Source of the DNA: an uncultured Chloroflexia bacterium
GTDB taxonomy: Bacteria; Chloroflexota; Limnocylindria; Limnocylindrales; CSP1-4
Direction: 5' to 3'
DNA: 64,000 nt
Assembly: GCA_963766735.1 (NCBI GenBank)
Contig: CAVYBU010000004.1
Location: 192,001-256,000, forward strand
Position numbers and translations under genes: made by a program. The notes beneath the pieces are model-generated. The model ran no database searches. It was not told where the DNA came from and saw only the letters and a list, made by a program, of their open reading frames with translations. Below, piece by piece: positions 11,780 to 25,011 of this stretch (its first letter is position 1; every line of letters begins with the position of its first letter).

Positions 11780-12658
11780 GTGCCCGAGTTGCCCGATCTC
11801 GACGTCGTTGCCGATGCCATTCACGCGGCCCTTGCGGGCCGGCTGGTCTCCGGCGCACGAGCCCTGAAGCCCCTTGCCATCCGGGGAACGCCCGCCGAGC
11901 TGGCCGCCCTCGAGGGTCAACGTGTCCTGCGAGTGAGGCGCACCGGCAAGTTCCTCGACCTGACGTTCGATCGGGATCGCGTGGTCGTGAACCCCATGCT
12001 GACCGGTCGATTCCAGCTCGCCGGACGGGGAGAGAAGGCGCCATCGGGCGTCGCGGTGGAGCTCGAGTTCACTCCCAGAGAGGGCGGCTGTCCCGCGGAT
12101 GCGGCGGCCTGGACCGCGGGCGCCGCGTGGATGCCGCCCGACGGCAACGCCGTCCTGATCCGCTACCGCGACCCGACCCAGATGGGCAAGGTCTACCTGC
12201 TGCCCGCGGGCGTGGAGCGGCCAGTGCCTGGCCGGGAACCGGGCCAGATGGGCCCCGACGCGCTCGATCCCGCCCTGACGCTCGAGATCTTCCGGGAGCG
12301 GATCCGCCGTCATCCCGGCGAGCTCAAGAACCTTCTCCGCAACCAGGCGTTCGTGGCGGGCATCGGAAACGCGTACTCCGACGAGATCCTGTTCGCGGCG
12401 CGGCTCCGGCCGTTCCGCAAGCGGTCGACGCTCGCCGCAGAGGAGATCGGCGACCTGTACGCGGCGATGCGGTCCACGCTGGAGTCGTCCCTGCTCCTGC
12501 TCAGGGACCGCGTGCCCCCGACGTTCGAGAAGCAGGTCCGCGATCACCTGGCCGTCCACAACCGTGGCGGTGAACCCTGCCCGCGGTGCGGGTCGACGAT
12601 CACGTCCGTGACGGCGGGCGGGTTCCCGACGGGGTATTGCCGGTCCTGCCAGCGCTGA
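11780..12658 (+). CDS. Fpg/Nei family DNA glycosylase/AP lyase
   Basis: N-terminal (M)PELPD, H2TH motif AGIGNAYSDEILF, C-terminal zinc finger CPRC..CRSCQ; GTG start 8 nt after TACAAT. Confidence 0.93.
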   Translation: MPELPDLDVVADAIHAALAGRLVSGARALKPLAIRGTPAELAALEGQRVLRVRRTGKFLDLTFDRDRVVVNPMLTGRFQLAGRGEKAPSGVAVELEFTPREGGCPADAAAWTAGAAWMPPDGNAVLIRYRDPTQMGKVYLLPAGVERPVPGREPGQMGPDALDPALTLEIFRERIRRHPGELKNLLRNQAFVAGIGNAYSDEILFAARLRPFRKRSTLAAEEIGDLYAAMRSTLESSLLLLRDRVPPTFEKQVRDHLAVHNRGGEPCPRCGSTITSVTAGGFPTGYCRSCQR

Positions 12659-12686
12659 TCGATCACCTTCCAGCGCTGATCGATCA
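12649..12686. repeat. 17-bp direct repeat CCAGCGCTGATCGATCA x2 at a convergent gene junction
   Basis: Copies at 12649-12665 and 12670-12686. Confidence 0.8.
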
Positions 12687-13532
12687 GGGGATGACCAGCA
12701 CCTGGCCAACCCTGATGAGCCTCGTGTCCGTGATGCCGTTTGCCTTTGCGATGGCCGTGACGGTGACGCCAAACCGCGCGGCGATGCTGCTCAGCGTGTC
12801 GCCGGACTTGACGGTGTAGCGCCGGACGGTCGACGCGCCCGGCGTCGGGCTCGGCCCGCCCGTCGCGCTCGCGGACGGCGGCGGCTGGGACGCAGGCGCC
12901 GGAGATTCGCTGGGCACCGCGGTGGGTGTCGCGGATGGTGATCCGCTGGCCACTGCGGAGGGAACGGCCGACGGCGTGGGACTTGATGATGGGCCGACGC
13001 CGATCACGCTGGACGCACCAGGGGATGAAGGCCCTGCCTGCGAGGGCCCGGAGGTCCGGGCGATCACCAGGACCAGGAAGGCGAGAACCATCAGGCCGAT
13101 GAGCAGCGCCTGGCCGCCCGTCCGCCCCGGCGCCAGGGGCAGTGCTCCCGTGCGACCGCGAGACGGCTCCAGGGCGAGGGGTATCGATCGGACGGCGGGC
13201 CACAGCAGCGACCCGGCCGCCCCGGGTTCGGGCCATACCGGATACCCGTCCGCCTTCGGCCCCGCGTGAGCAGCCATGTAGGTCGTGCAGCTCGCATGCT
13301 CCGAGGTGAGACACAGCTCCCGCTGCTTCCCGAGCGTGAGCGGCGCCGGCGGCCTGACCGCCCAGCAACGATGATCCCTGGATGCGTAGGCGCTCCGCCA
13401 CGCCGCATCGTCTGACACCAGCAGCGGACAGACGGCCATGACGGCGTCTGCGTCACGACGTCTCGTGGCCCTCGCGGCAGCCGGCGGCGATGCTGCTGGC
13501 TGCACCTGCGGCGCGTCTCCGGGATCGTTCAT
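12684..13532 (-). CDS. Membrane-anchored LysM domain protein with N-terminal Cys/His-rich domain
   Basis: C-terminal LysM YTVKSGDTLSSIAARFGVTVTAIAKANGI..IRVGQVLVIP, one TM helix, Ser/Pro/Thr linker; TATCCT 7 nt before the ATG. Confidence 0.9.
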   Translation of the reverse strand: MNDPGDAPQVQPAASPPAAARATRRRDADAVMAVCPLLVSDDAAWRSAYASRDHRCWAVRPPAPLTLGKQRELCLTSEHASCTTYMAAHAGPKADGYPVWPEPGAAGSLLWPAVRSIPLALEPSRGRTGALPLAPGRTGGQALLIGLMVLAFLVLVIARTSGPSQAGPSSPGASSVIGVGPSSSPTPSAVPSAVASGSPSATPTAVPSESPAPASQPPPSASATGGPSPTPGASTVRRYTVKSGDTLSSIAARFGVTVTAIAKANGITDTRLIRVGQVLVIP

Positions 13533-13594
13533 CCAAACGAGGATACCGCGCGTGCCGGGCGGGCCAGACCAGATGCGGCCCTTAAATGCAACAA

Positions 13595-13712
<118 letters not shown>

Positions 13713-13841
13713 TCGTATGCATCTGGTAGGTGACGGCAGCGGCCTTCGTCGATGCGACGAGGGCGCCAGTCGAAGGATCACGATTTGCCATTGGAGAACC
13801 GATCTCCCGGCACGCTGACCCCTGGTCAGGTGCTGGTATAG

Positions 13842-16899
<3,058 letters not shown>

Positions 16900-17040
16900 T
16901 CCGCCAGCATCTGACCAGGTGGTCAGTGCGGGACGGGATCAGATCGGGGTTCTCCTTGATTTCACGGCGAAATCATGATCCATAGACGCGCCGATCAGTC
17001 GATCGACGGCCTTTGACCTTCTTTACTGCCGTCATCTATC

Positions 17041-17056
17041 CAGTTGTTAAGGTGCA
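17041..17056 (-). promoter_or_regulatory. Spacer boxA-like antitermination element
   Basis: TGCACCTTAACAACTG, identical to the copy in the 16S leader (~19298-19313). Confidence 0.7.
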
Positions 17057-17320
17057 CCGCCGAGGCGGTTCTCGACGCCGGAGCCAGGCTCCCTTGTCGT
17101 TCCAGCGTTCCGCTGGTCGGTGAGCTCCCGGTGGAGCACACGGATCAGGGGATCGTTTCTGTATCGGACGCGTGACGACGGTTCGAGGACCAGCCTGCGA
17201 ACCGTCGGTGAGTTATCGCCTGGGTTGGGACCCGCGAGGGCCGTTCCCGGGGTTATCCCGGTCTATTCAATTGAGTGAGCCAGTCGGACGAGGTCTGTCA
17301 GGAACCTCCGCCGACAAGGT

Positions 17321-17396
17321 TGGTGGAGACGAGGAGACTCGAACTCCTGACCCTCTCCTTGCAAAGGAGATGCTCTGCCAGCTGAGCTACGTCCCC
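17321..17396 (-). tRNA. tRNA-Ala(TGC)
   Basis: GGGGACGTAGCTCAG, anticodon loop TT TGC AA, TTCGA, encoded CCA; in the rRNA spacer. Confidence 0.96.
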
Positions 17397-17420
17397 GAAA
17401 CCTGTGAGGTCTGCGGGAAG

Positions 17421-17497
17421 TGGTGGGCGCACCTGGACTCGAACCAGGGACCTCGGCCTTATCAGGGCCGCGCTCTAACCAACTGAGCTATGCGCCC
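17421..17497 (-). tRNA. tRNA-Ile(GAT)
   Basis: GGGCGCATAGCTCAG, anticodon loop CT GAT AA, encoded CCA. Confidence 0.96.
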
Positions 17498-17726
17498 TGA
17501 CGTGCCGGCCTTGCCGGTCAGGCAGGGCCGCCGCACCGTAACCCTTGAAGAGTGGTAGGAACAGGGCCGTTGGATCGTGCCCGGTACGGTGTCTCGCCAA
17601 GTCGCTGATCGATCTCCGGCTTGCACCGGCACACCCCACTTGGCTGGAGATGTGAACGATCGGGCGATCAACCTGGGAGCCATCAACGCCAGGACCTCAC
17701 CGTAATGGTCCTGACTCGGATCTCCC

Positions 17727-19221
<1,495 letters not shown>

Positions 19222-19349
19222 AACTCGATCTTGCGATCGAGTCAAATCTCAAGAGCTGATCCAGGCACGTTCTCGTGCTGAAGTTCCTACCACTCTTCAG
19301 TTGTTAAGGTGCAGCGCCCGGCCTTGACCGCCCGGAGCGCGGACTGCCT

Positions 19350-19479
19350 AGTGTGCCGCAGTTCGCCCCCGGTGTCAAACGGGGTTCGGGAGGTCTCCGC
19401 CGCTGTGGCGGAGGGCCATGTCGCCTCGAGTTGGTGAGGCGCGAGGACGGATGGTATGGCGGGTTTCTGGGCCTGTCAA
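19350..19479 (-). promoter_or_regulatory. Tandem rrn promoters P1 and P2
   Basis: TTGACA-17nt-TACCAT (~19479-19451) and TTGACA-17nt-CACACT (~19378-19350); boxA downstream. Confidence 0.75.
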
Positions 19480-19553
19480 ACACCCTTGCGCAGGGGTTCC
19501 GGCGTCCCTCCCGGGCAGTCTCCCACGGGTACCGTCCGAGCACGGCGGGTGGG

Positions 19554-19739
19554 TCAGATGGGGCTCTCCTGGACCACGAGAATGAACGCAGCGCCGCTCA
19601 CCCAGCAGAGCAGGCCGAGGGTCGCGGAAGGCTCGGCCCCGAGGAGGCCCACGCACACCACCCAGGCGACCAGCCCGAGGACCGCGGCGGCCACTGCCTT
19701 GGCCAGCCGCAGCAGGATCTCGAACACGAGCTCGCGCAT
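19554..19739 (-). CDS. Small two-TM membrane protein
   Basis: 61-aa hydrophobic ORF coupled to recR by a TGATG overlap. Confidence 0.65.
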   Translation of the reverse strand: MRELVFEILLRLAKAVAAAVLGLVAWVVCVGLLGAEPSATLGLLCWVSGAAFILVVQESPI

Positions 19740-20356
19740 CAGAGCGCCCGCCGGCCCTGGAGGGCCCGGATCAGGGTGACGTCGTCGGCGTACTCCAGGT
19801 CGCCACCCACGGGCAGACCGCGTGCGATGCGCGTGACGGAGCCCACCTTGCCCTCCAGTCGCTCCCCGAGGTACATAGCCGTGGCCTCGCCCTCGAGGGT
19901 GGGGTTGGTGGCCACGATGACCTCCTCGATGCGGTGCCCCTCCGCTGCGGCCTCATCAACCCGCTCCAGCAACTCGCGGATCCTCAGGCGATCGGGGCCG
20001 ATCCCGTCGATGGGGCTTATGGCGCCGTGCAAGACGTGGTAGCGACCGCGGAACTCCCCGGTCCGATCGATGGCGAGCACGTCGAGCGGCTCCTCCACGA
20101 CACACAGCTTCCCGGTGTCGCGGGCGGGATCCCGGCAGATGGGGCATTGCGGCGCGTCGCTGATGTTGAAGCAGCGGTCGCAGAACACGACCTCGTCCCG
20201 GACGGCCACGAGCGCGCGCGCGAGGGCACGCGCTTCCGCGTCGGGCGCGCGCAGCAGATGGTACGTGAGGCGCTGCGCTGTCTTGGGGCCGATTCCGGGC
20301 AGGCGCGCGAACGCCTCGATCAGGCGGGCGACGGGCTCGATGACGGCGCCGGCCAC
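19739..20356 (-). CDS. recR: Recombination mediator RecR
   Basis: LPGIGPKTAQRL, C4 zinc finger, Toprim motif ATNPTLEGEATA, TRIARGLPVGGDLEY. Confidence 0.98.
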   Translation of the reverse strand: MAGAVIEPVARLIEAFARLPGIGPKTAQRLTYHLLRAPDAEARALARALVAVRDEVVFCDRCFNISDAPQCPICRDPARDTGKLCVVEEPLDVLAIDRTGEFRGRYHVLHGAISPIDGIGPDRLRIRELLERVDEAAAEGHRIEEVIVATNPTLEGEATAMYLGERLEGKVGSVTRIARGLPVGGDLEYADDVTLIRALQGRRAL

Positions 20357-20366
20357 GGTCCCTCCG

Positions 20367-20675
20367 TCAGCCGAGTCCGGGGATGCGGAGTCCCGCGGTT
20401 ACCGCACCCATCTTCTGCTCGGCAAGCTCCCTCGACGAGCGCAGCGCGTCGTTGACGGCCGTCATGACCAGGTCCTGGAGCATGTCGACGTCATCCGGGT
20501 CCACGGCGGACGGGTCGATCACGAGGCCGATGAGGTCCTGCTTGCCCGTGACGGTCGCTCGAACTGCGCCCCCACCGGCCGAGCCTTCGATCGTCATCGT
20601 CTCGAGCTCGGCCTGGACGCGCGCCATCTCCTGCTGCATCTGCATCGCCATTCGCTGCAGGTTGCCCATGCCCAT
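20367..20675 (-). CDS. ybaB: YbaB/EbfC nucleoid-associated protein
   Basis: EGSAGGGAV, DPDDVDMLQDLVMTAVNDAL; dnaX-ybaB-recR order. Confidence 0.95.
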   Translation of the reverse strand: MGMGNLQRMAMQMQQEMARVQAELETMTIEGSAGGGAVRATVTGKQDLIGLVIDPSAVDPDDVDMLQDLVMTAVNDALRSSRELAEQKMGAVTAGLRIPGLG

Positions 20676-20778
20676 GCGTCTTGATCCTCCGGTTGGTGAC
20701 GTGGTTGTGAGGAGCGTCTGCTGTCAAGTCTGGCCGATGCGCGCCTCCGGTGCACGACACCCGCCCGACCGACGCCGA

Positions 20779-22449
20779 TCAGGTGACCTCGGGGGTGTCC
20801 GCCAGGTCCTCCGCGAAGATCCGGTGCGCCTCGGCCAGGATGTGCGCTGCGTCGGCATCGGCCGGGAGCGGTGGGATGAGGTCCAGATTCGTGGCAACGC
20901 AGCGGACGCCAACCGAGTGGTCCAGGAATGAGCTGAAGGCCTGCTCGAGGATGGGGCGGCGGCGCTCCGCGACGTCCTTCAGGAACGCCTTCTCCTCCGG
21001 GAAGCCGAGGGTGACGACATTGCCCTCAACGCCGATCGGCCGGCAGTCGATGATCAACGGCTTGACGGCCCGATTGAGATCGGTGATCTGTTCCACGAGG
21101 CGCACCCAGCCATGACGGAGGCGCTCAAGGTCGTCGGTGGGCACGCCGCCGGTACCAGGGACGGGGACGGGGACGGCGAGATCCGGATCCGGGTCCGGGG
21201 CGTGGTCGGGGGCGGGGACGGGGACGGACGTTTCCTCGACCTCGAGCACGGGCGCTGAATCGTCCGGTGCGTCCGGGGCTGGTGGTTCCGGGGGGGGCGG
21301 GGCCACCCTCGGCACAGGCCCCGGATCCCCGACGAAGTCCGTCCGGGCGGTGTCTGCGTGCGCGGGCGGTGCCGGAACGGTGTCTGCGTGCAAGGACGGT
21401 GCCGGGACCCGGGCGGTGGCCGGCTCGAGTAGCACCAGCTCCAGCTGGAGGCGCAGCCCGCCGGCACCGAGGCGCGTCGGATCGATGGACGAGAGCCGGC
21501 GTGCGGCCGCGGCGAGGACGGGCTCCACTGGCTCGCCCGCCGCGAGGCCGGCGACCAGGCGCTCGCGGAGGGCGTCCACGATCTGGTCCAGGAAGATGCG
21601 CAGGTCTCGGCCGCGCTCCTCCAGCTGATCCAGCAACGCGATGCCGGCGGCGGCGTCTCCGCTCGCGTAGGCGATGATGAACCGGCTCACCTGCTCGGAC
21701 TCGGCGAGGCCGAGCAGGTCCCGGACGGCATCCGCCTCGATCCTGCCGTCGGTGGATGACAGGAGCTGGTCGAGGATCGATTCGGCGTCCCGCATCCCGC
21801 CCGCGGCAAGGCGCGCGATGAGGCGCACGGCGTCCGGATCCACGTCGCGCCCGTCGGCCGCCAGAATCCGCTCCAGCTTGCCTCCGATCTCCACCATCGT
21901 GAGCCGCCGGATGTCGAACCGCTGGAGCCGCGACAGGATCGCCGGCGGGAAGTCCTGCGGGTGCGTTGACGCGAACATGAAGACGACGAACTCGGGTGGC
22001 TCCTCGAGCGACTTGAGCAGCGCGTTCCAGGCGTCCTTGGTGATCTGGTGGGCTTCGTCCAGGATGTAGACCTTGCGGGCGAGATCCTGTGGCGCGTACG
22101 CGAGGCGGTCCCGAAGATCGCGCACCGCGTCGATGCCGCGATTGGAGGCGGCATCGATCTCGACCAGGTCCAGCGCACGGCCCTCGCGGATGGCGATGCA
22201 CGGCTCGCAGGCATCGCAGGGGTCCGCGTTGGCACCCAGGTTCCGGCAGTTGAGCGCTTTGGCCAGGATCCTTGCCAGCGACGTCTTGCCGGTGCCGCGG
22301 GGCCCGGTGAACAGGATGGCGTGCGACACGCGCCCGGTGAGGACGGCGTTGCGCAGCGTTGCAACGACCGCCTCCTGCCCGACGATCTCCGAGAACGTCT
22401 GGGCTCGCCAGCGACGGTAGAGGGCCTGGTGGGGAGTCCCTGCGGTCAA
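20779..22449 (-). CDS. dnaX: DNA polymerase III subunit gamma/tau
   Basis: ALYRRWR, GPRGTGKT, zinc module, EIDAASNRG, DEAH; likely TTG start at 22449 with AGGAG, since the longer ORF would overlap the SRP RNA. Confidence 0.95.
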   Translation of the reverse strand: MTAGTPHQALYRRWRAQTFSEIVGQEAVVATLRNAVLTGRVSHAILFTGPRGTGKTSLARILAKALNCRNLGANADPCDACEPCIAIREGRALDLVEIDAASNRGIDAVRDLRDRLAYAPQDLARKVYILDEAHQITKDAWNALLKSLEEPPEFVVFMFASTHPQDFPPAILSRLQRFDIRRLTMVEIGGKLERILAADGRDVDPDAVRLIARLAAGGMRDAESILDQLLSSTDGRIEADAVRDLLGLAESEQVSRFIIAYASGDAAAGIALLDQLEERGRDLRIFLDQIVDALRERLVAGLAAGEPVEPVLAAAARRLSSIDPTRLGAGGLRLQLELVLLEPATARVPAPSLHADTVPAPPAHADTARTDFVGDPGPVPRVAPPPPEPPAPDAPDDSAPVLEVEETSVPVPAPDHAPDPDPDLAVPVPVPGTGGVPTDDLERLRHGWVRLVEQITDLNRAVKPLIIDCRPIGVEGNVVTLGFPEEKAFLKDVAERRRPILEQAFSSFLDHSVGVRCVATNLDLIPPLPADADAAHILAEAHRIFAEDLADTPEVT

Positions 22450-22486
22450 CGACGCTCCTGTGGCGGGCGTGGCGAAGCAAGACGAA

Positions 22487-22756
22487 GTGCCGTGCACCCC
22501 CCGTCGATCCGGACGCTCCCGCGCCCACCGACGTCTGCGACTCGGACCAGGCCGTTCCGCGGCACCCGGCGATCACCGCTGAGTGCTGCTTCCTTCCGGA
22601 CCTGACACGGTTCACGAGTCGCCGCTGCGCGGGACCCGGTCCTCAGCGTCACAAACGTCGTCGGCTCTCGAGAACACCGACCTCGGGGAGGAATTCAGCC
22701 CTGCTGGAGCGGATTGCAGGTACAGGGCACCGCTAGTTCCCCGCCTAGCACGGCAC
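22487..22756 (-). ncRNA. ffs: Large (Alu-domain) bacterial SRP RNA
   Basis: Helix 8 motif GTCAGGTCCGGAAGGAAGCAGC; 5' GTGCCGTGCTAGGCGGGGAA; paired ends; TATCAT -10 upstream; directly upstream of dnaX. Confidence 0.93.
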
Positions 22757-22816
22757 CGGGGATGATAGCAGCGGCCGGGCCAGCGGCCGGCGCGGGCCAG
22801 TGGCCGGTGAAGGGGC

Positions 22817-22904
22817 TGGCGGAGAGGGCGGGATTCGAACCCGCGATGGGTTGCCCCATACCGCATTTCCAGTGCGGCGCCCTAGGCCTCTAGGCGACCT
22901 CTCC
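22817..22904 (-). tRNA. tRNA-Ser(GGA)
   Basis: GGAGAGGTCGCCTAG, anticodon loop CT GGA AA, long variable arm, CCA. Confidence 0.94.
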
Positions 22905-22958
22905 GCGGAAAAGATACGGCCCGGCGGACCATTGCGCCGGGCCGTGCCGTTATGCAGG

Positions 22959-23044
<86 letters not shown>

Positions 23045-23146
23045 ACGCGAGAGGATACCAAAGGCGGCGCGACGGGCGGGTAGCGGGCGCGGCGCGGCGG
23101 GCAGGGTGGACCTGGCTCGGCCCCGCGAACGCCATCGCCCGGACGG

Positions 23147-23599
23147 TCAGGCGCCGGTTGCGGCGACGTCGACCGCGCCCAGCAGCTCCTCCGCCTCGTC
23201 CCGGCAGATCCCGGAGACCACGGCAAGCGGGCGGCCGAGCTGGGGGTGCTGCGCCAGCTGGATGACTGATCCGGCCGCGCCGTCGAACGGGTTCGGCACC
23301 GCGAAGACCAGCGCCGCCGCGTCGCACCCGAGCATCGCTCCCACGCACATGGGACATGGCTCGATCGTGGTGAAGATCGTGACGTCCGTGAGGCGCGGTG
23401 TGCCGAGCTTGCGGGCCGCGTCCCGCAGCACTGCGATCACCGCATGTGCAGTGGGATCATCCGTCTCGGCAACCCGGTTCGAACCGCGGGCGACCATCGC
23501 GTCGTTCATGACGGCAATGGCGCCGACGGCCGGGGCCCCCCGTGCCAGGGCCACCCGAGCCTCTGCGAGCGCCTCGCCCATGAACAGCTCGTAGTTCAT
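23147..23599 (-). CDS. tadA: TadA-family tRNA adenosine deaminase homolog with catalytic Glu replaced by Val (HAV)
   Basis: MNYELFMGEALAEA, DPTAHAVI, TIEPCPMCVGAM, GAAGSV; syntenic with tRNA-Ser/ffs/dnaX; ATG 7 nt after TATGAT. Confidence 0.88.
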   Translation of the reverse strand: MNYELFMGEALAEARVALARGAPAVGAIAVMNDAMVARGSNRVAETDDPTAHAVIAVLRDAARKLGTPRLTDVTIFTTIEPCPMCVGAMLGCDAAALVFAVPNPFDGAAGSVIQLAQHPQLGRPLAVVSGICRDEAEELLGAVDVAATGA

Positions 23600-23755
23600 G
23601 TGTCGGATCATAGCGACCGGGGTGGGCGGTAGGATGGTGAGGACACGCGTCGGGATCCCCGGCGCCCACCGCGTCGGACGCCAGCCGGAGCCCAGCCCGC
23701 GGCCGACAGAGTGAACCTCCCCCGGCCCACGGCCGGTGACATCAGCGGAGCCCCG

Positions 23756-24946
23756 ATGGCAGCAGCTCGACGAATCGGCATCCTCACCGGCGGCGGCGAC
23801 GTTCCCGGCCTCAACTCGGTCATCAAGAGCGTCGTCTACCGAGCGACGGAGCTCGGCTACGAGGTCATCGGTATCCGTCGTGGCTGGGAGGGCCTGACCC
23901 ACCAGCGACGGACCCTCGACCTTGATCCGGAATACGCCCGCGTGCTCAACCGGATCAACACCCGCACGATCGACCGGACCGGCGGCACCATCCTCCACAG
24001 CTCGCGGACGAACCCGCGCAAGGTGAGGACTGCGTCGCTCCCATCCTGGCTGGACGCGAAGTCGGTCGCGGACAAGCAGACCGCCGAGGGTATCTACGAC
24101 CTGACGGACCACGTCCTCGACACCATCTCTCACCTGGGCCTCACCCATCTCGTGACGATCGGTGGCGACGACACCCTGTCCTTCTCGTCCGTCCTGTACG
24201 AGCGCGGCCTGTCCCTGGTCGCCATTCCCAAGACGATGGACAACGACGTCAATGGAACCGAGTACTGCATCGGCTTCTCGTCCGCGATCACCCGCGCCAA
24301 GGAGGTCCTCAACCGCCAGAGGACGACGCTGGGCAGCCACGAGCGGATCGGCGTGTTCCGCATCTTCGGCCGCGACGCCGGTTTCACCGCCCTGTACACG
24401 GCGTACGTCACATCCACGCGCTGCGTGATCCCCGAATTCCCCTATGACCTCGACGCGCTCGCTGAGATCCTCAAGGATGACCACCGCAACAACCCCAGCC
24501 GCTACGCGGTGGTGATCACGGCCGAGGGCGCCATCTGGAAGGGCGCGCAGATCGCCGACGTCGGCGATGAGGACGCGTTCGGCCACCGGCACAAGGCCAA
24601 CATCGGCGAGGTGCTGGCTGACGAGATCAAGGCCCGCACGGGGATCGAGGCGGTGGCTTCGGAGCTGACCTACGACCTCCGCTCCGGCGAGCCGGACATG
24701 CTGGACTCGATGGTGGCGTCGACCTTCGCCAACATCGCGATGGACCTGCTGCGCGACGGCACGGCGGGGCGCATGGCCGCCATCAGGGACGGCAAGTATT
24801 CACACGTGTCCTTGGCCGAGACCGCGAAACCGCCGCAGCGTGTCCAGCTGCACGCCTACGACACGGAGCGGTTCCGCCCCAAGTACGGCGACCGCCTGGG
24901 GGACCCGCTCCTGCTGACCCCGGCCCTGGGGGCCGCAGAGGACTGA
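23756..24946 (+). CDS. pfkA: 6-phosphofructokinase, probably PPi-dependent
   Basis: ILTGGGDVPGLN, GGTILHSSR, IGGDDT, PKTMDND. Confidence 0.9.
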   Translation: MAAARRIGILTGGGDVPGLNSVIKSVVYRATELGYEVIGIRRGWEGLTHQRRTLDLDPEYARVLNRINTRTIDRTGGTILHSSRTNPRKVRTASLPSWLDAKSVADKQTAEGIYDLTDHVLDTISHLGLTHLVTIGGDDTLSFSSVLYERGLSLVAIPKTMDNDVNGTEYCIGFSSAITRAKEVLNRQRTTLGSHERIGVFRIFGRDAGFTALYTAYVTSTRCVIPEFPYDLDALAEILKDDHRNNPSRYAVVITAEGAIWKGAQIADVGDEDAFGHRHKANIGEVLADEIKARTGIEAVASELTYDLRSGEPDMLDSMVASTFANIAMDLLRDGTAGRMAAIRDGKYSHVSLAETAKPPQRVQLHAYDTERFRPKYGDRLGDPLLLTPALGAAED

Positions 24947-24983
24947 CCCATCCGCCCCGCGGCAGCGGGGCCCCGCCATTCCG

Positions 24984-25007
24984 ACGGGCCGCCGCCAGGC
25001 GGCCCGT
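24984..25007. terminator. GC-rich hairpin between convergent genes (possible terminator)
   Basis: 10-bp stem acgggccgcc-gcca-ggcggcccgt; no clear U-tract. Confidence 0.45.
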
Positions 25008-25011
25008 TCCG

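Noticed and set aside
17148-17175. GGGGATCGTTTCTG resembling a tmRNA 5' end
   Set aside because: No matching T-arm/CCA end or tag ORF was found, and it is antisense to the rRNA transcript.
21286-21300. C8 run in the dnaX linker as a gamma-subunit frameshift signal
   Set aside because: It encodes a poly-Pro linker and does not resemble the known A-rich slippery sites.
23600-24592. 481-aa ORF suggesting a TadA fusion
   Set aside because: The upstream part is antisense to pfkA; TadA starts at 23599 after TATGAT.
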